DNA of 44,086 nt from Actinomycetota bacterium (GTDB lineage: Bacteria; Actinomycetota; Actinomycetes; JBMOMH01). Where the stretch lies: positions 1-44,086 of the forward strand of contig JBMOMH010000313.1 in assembly GCA_049323135.1 (NCBI GenBank). The letters run 5' to 3'. Under the pieces are notes generated by a model. It saw only the letters and a program-made list of their open reading frames with translations, did no database searches and was not told where the DNA came from. The translations under genes and the position numbers were made by a program. Of the stretch, positions 9,659 to 16,532 are shown one piece after another; positions within the stretch are counted from its first letter, which is position 1; every line of letters begins with the position of its first letter.

Positions 9659-10210
9659 CTACACCACGTAGAAGGCGAACCACATCGCCAGCGAGGCCGC
9701 GACGACGAACGTCCAGAAGATCGACACGCCCTCACTCAGGAACCCGGTCTGGGCCGCCAGCCGGCCCCGGGCCGCCTGTACGGCGAACCCGAGCCAGACC
9801 AGGAGTCCGGCCGTCACGTGGGCGACGTCCAGGCCCAGGGCGAGGTAGAACACCTCGCCATAGCGGGACCCGGGCGCCAACCCCACGGTGGCCCACTCGA
9901 CCGCGAACCCGAGGAGGACCACGGCGGCCAGTGCGGAGGTGGCCAGGGCCCAGGGCACCGCCCGGGCCGGTTCGCGCCGGGCGGTGGAGGAGGCGCGGCG
10001 GGCCGACCACACGCTGACGACGAGGACGGCCATCAGCAGGGCGACCAGTGGCTGGTTGAGCCGGTCGGAGCGGCCCGTGCCCGCCAGGACGAAGCGGACC
10101 GCGATGGTGGTGACGAAAAGCATGCCCTCGCTGGCCAGGAAGAGCACGAGTCCGCCCCGGTACATGGCCACCTGGCGCCGCGACAGCGGCAGCGTCGTCG
10201 CCTCGCTCAT
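9659..10210 (-). CDS. ctaE: Heme-copper oxidase subunit III (short, 5-TM form)
   Basis: LFLASE motif, YGEVFY...HV, FWTFV. ATGA overlap with the subunit I stop. Confidence 0.8.
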   Translation of the reverse strand: MSEATTLPLSRRQVAMYRGGLVLFLASEGMLFVTTIAVRFVLAGTGRSDRLNQPLVALLMAVLVVSVWSARRASSTARREPARAVPWALATSALAAVVLLGFAVEWATVGLAPGSRYGEVFYLALGLDVAHVTAGLLVWLGFAVQAARGRLAAQTGFLSEGVSIFWTFVVAASLAMWFAFYVV

Positions 10211-12081
10211 CGGTCGGCGCTCCGCGAAGGCTGGAGCCTCCCACGATCCAGCGAGCCGTAGGTGTAGAAGTCCTGGTCCACGACGGGCTCCTCGTCGAAG
10301 TTCTCCTTCGGCGGTGGGGAGGACGTCTGCCATTCCAACGTCCTACCCTGCCAGGGGTTGGCGCCGGCCCGGGGAGCGCGGGCCCACGCCCAGATCAGGT
10401 GGATGACGTGGCCGACGAAGGAGATGCCCAGCAGGGCGCTGACCAACGAGACGACCAGGTTGACGGTGCCCAGGTAGGCGGGGTACTCGGCCACCCGGCG
10501 GTTCATCCCGTTCGCGCCCAGGTAGAACATCGGCAGGAACGTGCCGTTGAAGCCCAGGAACAGTGCCCAGCTGAGCACCTTCCCCCACCGTTCGTCGTAC
10601 CGGCGGCCGGAGACCTTGGGGAACCAGTAGTACCAGCCGGCCACCCAGGCAAAGATCATCCCGCCGATGATGGTGTAGTGGAAGTGGCTGACCACGAAGT
10701 ACGTGTCGTGCAGGAACAGGTTGGCGGGAGCGTCGGCGAGGAACACCCCGGTGACCCCGCCGATGAGGAAGTTGAACAGGCTCATGAGGACGAGCAGCAT
10801 CGGCGTGGTCAGGCGTATCCGACCTCGCCAGAGGGTGCCCAGTGCGGCCAGGTACATGAAGCCGGTGGGCACGGAGATGAGCTCGGTGGTCGTCATGAAC
10901 GGTACGAGTCGTTCCGCGGCCACGCCGGTGAACATGTGGTGCACCCAGACGATCCCGCTCATGATGCCGACCAGGACGAAACCGGCCACCGCCCAGCGGT
11001 ACGCGAACAGGGTCTTGCGCGCCATCACCGGGATGATCTCGAGCCAGACGCCGAACGCCGGCAGGATGATGATGTACACCTCCGGGTGCCCGAAGAGCCA
11101 GAACAGGTCCTGCCACAGGAGCGGCAGGCCCGACTCTTTGAAGAACGAGGTGGGCACGATCCGGTCGAGCAGTCCCATGACCATCGCCGTGCTCGCCACG
11201 GGGACCCACAGGATGTTGAGGATGCTGGTCACCAGCATGGCCCAGGCGAACATCGGTAGCCGTCGCCAGGTAAGGCCCGGCGCGCGCAGGTAGATGATGG
11301 TTGCGGTCACGTTGACCGCCGTGAGCACCGAGGACGTCCCCAGCGTCAGCACACCGAGGTAGTACAGCAGCTGCCCGCTGGCGTCCGTGGCGGCCAACGG
11401 CGCGTAGCCCGTCCAACCCGTCTGGAAGCCTCCGAGCAGGGGGGTCGCGGCGATGGCCAACACCCCGGCCGGGATGAACCAGTAGCTCAGAGCGTTGACC
11501 CGTGGGAACACCATGTCCTCTGCTCCGATGAGCAGCGGGACGAGGTAGTTGCCGAAGCCACCCACGATTCCCACGACGGCGACGGCAAAGAGCATGAGCG
11601 TGCCGTGGACGCCGACCGCCGTGTTGTACTGCTGGTTGGTGGCGAAGAGCGTACGGTCCGGCGTGGCGAGCTCGGCCCGCATGAACATGGCGACAAGGCC
11701 CGCCAGCAGGAACGTGCCTACCGCTGTCACCAGGTACTGCAGGCCGACGACCTTGTGGTCGGTGTTGAAGCGGAAGTACCTCGCCCATCCGGCGCCCTCG
11801 TCCCAGCGGCGGGTACCCCCCAGGAAGGGCCTCAGACCCGCCTCCCACGCTCCGATCCCCAAGAGCCAACCCGTCAGACCGCCCACGTATCCGGTGGTCA
11901 CGGCCGCCTGGGTGAGCCGGGGAGCCCCCTGCAGGAGGGCCGTGGCAAAGGCGACGAGCGCGAACCCGGTCACGCCCCACAAGAAGGACCGAAGCAGTGG
12001 CGCCAGTGGGTGCCGGCCCAGGCCGGGTGGGGACGAGATGGGCGCCGCGGTGGCCGGGGTCTCGAACACCTCCTCCCTCAC
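10207..12081 (-). CDS. ctaD: Heme-copper oxidase subunit I, A1-type, atypical K channel
   Basis: TDHK, VHGTLM, GWTGYAPL, GHPEVY, WVHHMF, LHDTYFVVSHFHY, GMNRR. Start GTG 12081 overlaps the subunit II stop. Confidence 0.95.
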   Translation of the reverse strand: MREEVFETPATAAPISSPPGLGRHPLAPLLRSFLWGVTGFALVAFATALLQGAPRLTQAAVTTGYVGGLTGWLLGIGAWEAGLRPFLGGTRRWDEGAGWARYFRFNTDHKVVGLQYLVTAVGTFLLAGLVAMFMRAELATPDRTLFATNQQYNTAVGVHGTLMLFAVAVVGIVGGFGNYLVPLLIGAEDMVFPRVNALSYWFIPAGVLAIAATPLLGGFQTGWTGYAPLAATDASGQLLYYLGVLTLGTSSVLTAVNVTATIIYLRAPGLTWRRLPMFAWAMLVTSILNILWVPVASTAMVMGLLDRIVPTSFFKESGLPLLWQDLFWLFGHPEVYIIILPAFGVWLEIIPVMARKTLFAYRWAVAGFVLVGIMSGIVWVHHMFTGVAAERLVPFMTTTELISVPTGFMYLAALGTLWRGRIRLTTPMLLVLMSLFNFLIGGVTGVFLADAPANLFLHDTYFVVSHFHYTIIGGMIFAWVAGWYYWFPKVSGRRYDERWGKVLSWALFLGFNGTFLPMFYLGANGMNRRVAEYPAYLGTVNLVVSLVSALLGISFVGHVIHLIWAWARAPRAGANPWQGRTLEWQTSSPPPKENFDEEPVVDQDFYTYGSLDRGRLQPSRSADR

Positions 12082-12845
12082 TGCGCACCCCCCCGGGCCT
12101 GGTCGGCGGCCCACCCTTGGAAGTCAGCCTCCTGGACGACCCGGGCGGGGGCCGCCATCTGGCCGTGTCCGACCCCGCACAGCTCGGCACACTGCACGCG
12201 GGTTCGCGGATCCTGGGCGGTGGACGTGAGCGTCGAGGGGGTCAACGTCAGGGTTCGCGTCTCCCCGGGAATGACGTCCATCTTGATGCGCATGGAGGGA
12301 ATCCAGAAGGCGTGGATCACGTCCTGGCTCCTCAGCGTGAAGCGGACTGGTCGTCCGAGGGGCATGACCAGCTCGGTGGCGTCACGGACGCCGTAGGCGG
12401 GGTAGCTGAACCGCCACTCCCACTGCCGGGCCAGCACGTCGACCTGCAGTGGGTCGGCGGCGGCGGCGCTGGAGCGGTCCAGCCGGCGAAGCCCCGTCAC
12501 CCCTGGGAAGATGACGACCAGCGTGGCCAGGCCGAGCGTCGTACCGAGCCAGGCGAGGGTGGCCCGACGATCCGTGTCGACCTGGTCGGCTGCGTCCTCC
12601 ACCTCCCCGGCAGGGGCACGGAAGCGGGTCAGCGCGAAGACGAGGGCGAGGGTGACGAAGGCGAACACTGGAACGACCAGTCGCAGCAGGACAACCAGGG
12701 CCTCATCAACCACTGCGCCCTCAGTGCTGGCCAGGAGGGGCAGGTTCCGGGCGAGGACGGTGACCGCCCACTCCCCAAGACCGGTGAGGGCGAGTCCCAG
12801 GACACCCAGCGCCCACCCGGGGTGCGCTCGCCACCACTGTCGCAT
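12078..12845 (-). CDS. ctaC: Heme-copper oxidase subunit II with a CuA site
   Basis: QWEWRFSYP, DVIHAFWIP, CAELCGVGHGQM. Confidence 0.93.
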   Translation of the reverse strand: MRQWWRAHPGWALGVLGLALTGLGEWAVTVLARNLPLLASTEGAVVDEALVVLLRLVVPVFAFVTLALVFALTRFRAPAGEVEDAADQVDTDRRATLAWLGTTLGLATLVVIFPGVTGLRRLDRSSAAAADPLQVDVLARQWEWRFSYPAYGVRDATELVMPLGRPVRFTLRSQDVIHAFWIPSMRIKMDVIPGETRTLTLTPSTLTSTAQDPRTRVQCAELCGVGHGQMAAPARVVQEADFQGWAADQARGGAQ

Positions 12846-12896
12846 CCTGGTCCTCCGTTGCCGTCGCCGCTTGCGTCGATAGCCTCCGCGGCCCGC

Positions 12897-13661
12897 TCAG
12901 CGCACCACCGTCACCTGGCCGCTCATCCCGTTCAGGTAGTGCTGACCGCTCTGCTGGAAACAGGCGAAGGTCCAGGTGCCCGGCAGGTCGGGCACGGTGA
13001 AGTCCAGGGTGACCCGGCCACCCCCGGCCAGGACGACCATGAGGCTGTCCATGCCGGGCACGCTGGCCATGCCGGGCATGCCGGTGGGGCTGGGCGTGGG
13101 GGTCATCCCGGGCATCCCGGGCATCCCGGGCATCCCGGTGGGGCTGGGCGTGGGGGTCATCCCGGGCATGCCGGGCATCCCGGTGGGGCTGGGCGTGGGG
13201 GTCATCCCGGGCATCCCGGGCATCCCGGGCATCCCGGTGGGGCTGGGCGTGGGGCTCATGCCGGTTACCGCGGCCATGCCGGGCATCAGCATCTGCACCC
13301 CCGTCTGATCCAGCACAGCCACGGAGACACCCCGAAAGAAGTCGGTGGCGAACCCATCCTGCGGTAGCCGGCCGACCACCGAGTCAGTCCACCTGACGTT
13401 CTGGCCGAGCATGAACTCGTGTGCCCGCGCCGGGTTGGACTGGCTGTCGTTCACGAGGGTGAGGCGGACCCGCTGCCCCACCGTCCAGACGAGCTGCTTC
13501 GGGGCGAAGCTGTAGTCGTCCATGCGTACGAGCACGCTGTCCGGCTGCTGGCGCACCGTCCGCTCAGTCGCCGAAGGCTGGCCCACCCACCAGACCAGGG
13601 CGATGACGGCGACCAGCGCAGTCACCAGGCTGGCCCCAAGCGAGCGCGTGGCCCGAGTCAT
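12897..13661 (-). CDS. Exported/anchored cupredoxin (CopI/plastocyanin-like) with an internal Met-rich repeat
   Basis: Start ATG 13661 overlaps the ctaB stop. Hydrophobic N-terminus, DYSFAP, HEF, and C-terminal ACF-QQSGQ-HYLNGM (type-1 Cu ligands H, C, H, M). Confidence 0.85.
   Translation of the reverse strand: MTRATRSLGASLVTALVAVIALVWWVGQPSATERTVRQQPDSVLVRMDDYSFAPKQLVWTVGQRVRLTLVNDSQSNPARAHEFMLGQNVRWTDSVVGRLPQDGFATDFFRGVSVAVLDQTGVQMLMPGMAAVTGMSPTPSPTGMPGMPGMPGMTPTPSPTGMPGMPGMTPTPSPTGMPGMPGMPGMTPTPSPTGMPGMASVPGMDSLMVVLAGGGRVTLDFTVPDLPGTWTFACFQQSGQHYLNGMSGQVTVVR
13068..13262 (-). repeat. Coding tandem repeat: four (S/T)PTPSPT units with nested GMP 9-mers
   Basis: On the + strand, CCGGTGGGGCTGGGCGTGGGG occurs four times, separated by (CATCCCGGG)n. 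Confidence 0.95.
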
Positions 13662-14614
13662 GACGCGAGGAACCCTCGTACGAGTACGTCGACCGCCACG
13701 GCGGCGAACAGCAACGTCAGGTAGGAGATCGATCGGCGGAACAGGTCCAGCGACGCAGAGCCGGGTGTCTCTCCCACGCCGTGCAGCCGGTAGGCGGCGC
13801 GCAGCAGGTCGGCGCCGGCGGCGGCCGCTACGGCGGCGTACAGCCAACCCAGACCGGCCACCGGCCAGAGCACAAGTGACGTCAGGACCGTGGCCCAGGT
13901 GTAGGCGAGGATCTGACGTGTTACGACCCTGGTAGGAGCCACCACCGGCAGCATCGGGACGCCGGCCCTCGCGTAGTCGTCGCGGAACCGCAGGGCCAGG
14001 GCCCAGAAGTGCGGCGGTGTCCAGAAGAACACGACCAGGAACATCAGCCAGGGCGTCCAGGACAGCGACCCGGTCACCGCCGCCCACCCCACGAGCACCG
14101 GGAGGCAGCCGGCGGCACCACCCCACACGATGTTCTGAGCGGTACGCCGCTTGAGGACGAGGGTGTAGCCGAGGACATAGCCGACCAGGCCGCCGTCCGC
14201 CAAGGCGACGGCGAGCAGCGGGGTCGTGGCGAGCAGCACGGCGTTGCCCACCACGGCGAGGGCCAGGCCGAAGACCAGCGCGGCCCGCACACTCACGGCC
14301 CGGCTCGGGAGCGGCCGCCGAGCCGTACGGCGCATCAGGGCGTCGATGTCCCGGTCCAGGTAGCAGTTGAAGGTGTTCGCGCTTCCGGCGGCCAGGGCAC
14401 CGCCGAGCAGGGTGCCGATGAGGAGCGGCGGGGCGGGCAGCCGCCCGGCCGCGAGCACCATGGCAGGGACCGTGGTCACGAGCAGGAGCTCGATGATCCG
14501 TGGCTTGGTGAGGGCTAGGTAGGCGTGAAGGGTGTCGGCGGCCGCCCTGGTCGCCGCGGTTACCCGCAGTTCCGTCGTGGGTGCTGTCCCGGCAGCGGCA
14601 CTGTTGGCGTCCAC
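13658..14614 (-). CDS. ctaB: Protoheme IX farnesyltransferase (heme O synthase)
   Basis: LTKPRI, NCYLDRDIDALMRRTARRPLP, LKRRT, FFWTPPHFWAL, DDYARAGVPMLP. Confidence 0.95.
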   Translation of the reverse strand: MDANSAAAGTAPTTELRVTAATRAAADTLHAYLALTKPRIIELLLVTTVPAMVLAAGRLPAPPLLIGTLLGGALAAGSANTFNCYLDRDIDALMRRTARRPLPSRAVSVRAALVFGLALAVVGNAVLLATTPLLAVALADGGLVGYVLGYTLVLKRRTAQNIVWGGAAGCLPVLVGWAAVTGSLSWTPWLMFLVVFFWTPPHFWALALRFRDDYARAGVPMLPVVAPTRVVTRQILAYTWATVLTSLVLWPVAGLGWLYAAVAAAAGADLLRAAYRLHGVGETPGSASLDLFRRSISYLTLLFAAVAVDVLVRGFLAS

Positions 14615-15804
14615 AAGGGGTCAGTGTCACCTTCCCCTGGCCCAGTGGTCACCCTGCCGCGGGTAGCTGTCATCGCATTGTCATGAACGGCGTCCACGGG
14701 CAGCCACAGGCTGAAGCGCGCCCCCTGCCCGGGCGTACCCTCGGCGCCGACCGCACCGCCGTGGGCGCGGGCCACGCCGGCCACGATGGGCAGGCCGAGG
14801 CCAGCCCCCGAGCCCTGATCCCGTCGGGTTCTCCGGTAGAACCGGTCGAACAGGTGGGCGGCTTCGTCGGCGGCGAACCCGACCCCGTCGTCCTCGACCT
14901 GCACCAGGACGGGCGTCGCTGGCCGGCCAGGGTCGTGCCGGGCCCGGACCGTGATGAGGCCCTCCTCGTCGGTCGCGGCCACCGCGTTCTCGACGAGTGC
15001 GTCCAGTGCCGCCTCCAGGCGATCGGCGTCGGCCCACAGTCCGTCGACACCGTCCACCTCGACCCGCCAGCGCCGAGGGACCACGACGGCGAACCGGTCC
15101 ACGCAGGTCCGAAGCAGTGTGCCCAGGTCCACTCGCGTGACGTGCAGGGGGCCGGCGGCGAGGGCACTGAGGGCAAGGAGGCGATCGGCGACCCGGGCCA
15201 GCCGGCTGAGCTCGGCGACCGCGCAGGCCAGGTCCTCGGCCAGGTCAGGACTGTCGGGGCCGGCGGCCTGGGCCAGCTCGACATACCCCCGGGCCACCGC
15301 GATCGGCGTACGCAGCTGGTGGGAGGCCTCCCGGAGAAACGCCTGCTCCCGCTCGAGCGCCTCGCGTTCCGCGGCCAGGGCGCGGTTCGCCGTGACCACG
15401 GCCGCCTGACGCCGCCGCGCGTGCCAGACCATCACCCCGAAGACCGCGGCCATCAAGGGCACCTCGGCCACGATCTGCGGGCCGGCGGCACCCCGGGCCA
15501 GCGGGGGCAGCAGGGCCGCCAGCGACGCGGTGGCCACCGCGGCGGCGAGCAGCAGCGTCCGGCGCCCAGACCACGCCCGGAAGCCGTAGAGCAGCGTGAA
15601 CGAAATCCAGATGACGTGGAAGGGGACCGTCTGGAAGCCAGGGAGGACGAGGATCGCGAGCAGCAGGGCGGCCAGGGCCAGGCCACCCCAGGCCAGGTCC
15701 GCCCCGGCACCCGACAGTGGGGTGCCGAGCCTGAGCCTTGGCGCGAGCCTTGATCTGAGCCGGCCTACCGCGGCGGCGGCGCGTGGCACGGCGATCTGGT
15801 CCAT
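14560..15804 (-). CDS. Sensor histidine kinase, no large extracellular domain
   Basis: About 4 closely spaced TM helices, H-box SHQLRTP, LVENA, VEDDGVG, FDRFYR, GAGLGL. Confidence 0.9.
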   Translation of the reverse strand: MDQIAVPRAAAAVGRLRSRLAPRLRLGTPLSGAGADLAWGGLALAALLLAILVLPGFQTVPFHVIWISFTLLYGFRAWSGRRTLLLAAAVATASLAALLPPLARGAAGPQIVAEVPLMAAVFGVMVWHARRRQAAVVTANRALAAEREALEREQAFLREASHQLRTPIAVARGYVELAQAAGPDSPDLAEDLACAVAELSRLARVADRLLALSALAAGPLHVTRVDLGTLLRTCVDRFAVVVPRRWRVEVDGVDGLWADADRLEAALDALVENAVAATDEEGLITVRARHDPGRPATPVLVQVEDDGVGFAADEAAHLFDRFYRRTRRDQGSGAGLGLPIVAGVARAHGGAVGAEGTPGQGARFSLWLPVDAVHDNAMTATRGRVTTGPGEGDTDPLWTPTVPLPGQHPRRNCG

Positions 15805-16479
15805 TCACGCCTCCAGGGTGTAGCCCAGGTGGCGCACGGTCGCGATGGTCCCTGCGGGCAGCTTCGCTCGCAGGCGACGGACGTAGACATCGACGACGTT
15901 GCTGCCCGGGTCGAAGGTGAACCCCCACACGCTGGCCAGCAGCTCCTCCCGTGTGCAGATCTCCCCAGCCCGGGTCATCAGCTGCGCCAGCAGCAGGCAC
16001 TCCCGCCGGGACAGCCCGATGGACTCGCCGCCGACCGCTACCACCCGACGTCGCCGGTCGAGGGACAGCGTCCCAACCTGCAGTGGTCCGGGCTGGTCCA
16101 CCCGCCGGCTGGTCGGTTCGACGTCCCGCAGCCGGGCGCGCACCCGGGCCAGCAGCTCGGCGAGGGCGAAGGGCTTGGCCAGGTAGTCGACCGCCCCCCC
16201 ATCCAGGCAGCGCACCTTGGCCTGAACCTCGCCGATTGCGGACAGCACGAGGACACGCTGTCCCGGTCGTCGTGCCAGCAGGTGGGCGAGGACCTGATCG
16301 CCCGACATGGTCGGCAGTATCAGGTCGAGCAGCACCAGGTCGTAGGTGGTGGCGTCGGCCCGCTCCAGCGCTTCGGGGCCGTCACTCGCTGCGTCCACGA
16401 GCAGGCCGGAGGAGGACAGGGCGCGGGAGAGGACCCGCTGCATTCCCGGCTCGTCGTCGACGACGAGGACTCGCGCCAT
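15805..16479 (-). CDS. OmpR-family response regulator
   Basis: VLVVDDE, LLDLILP, DYLAKPF, winged helix SNVVDVYVRRLRAKL. ATG at 16479. Confidence 0.93.
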   Translation of the reverse strand: MARVLVVDDEPGMQRVLSRALSSSGLLVDAASDGPEALERADATTYDLVLLDLILPTMSGDQVLAHLLARRPGQRVLVLSAIGEVQAKVRCLDGGAVDYLAKPFALAELLARVRARLRDVEPTSRRVDQPGPLQVGTLSLDRRRRVVAVGGESIGLSRRECLLLAQLMTRAGEICTREELLASVWGFTFDPGSNVVDVYVRRLRAKLPAGTIATVRHLGYTLEA

Positions 16480-16532
16480 GCGCCCACCCCTCTCCCTACC
16501 AGTATGCGCACGGGTGTTCGGCAGCGGGGGAC

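Noticed and set aside
10207-12081. Calling subunit I a nitric oxide reductase or a pseudogene
   Set aside because: It retains GHPEVY with the cross-link Tyr, the D channel and an intact frame, so A1 oxidase is the supported call.
13068-13262. Repeat array as a CRISPR
   Set aside because: The spacers are themselves repeats, all units are multiples of 3 and in frame within a CDS, and there are no cas genes.
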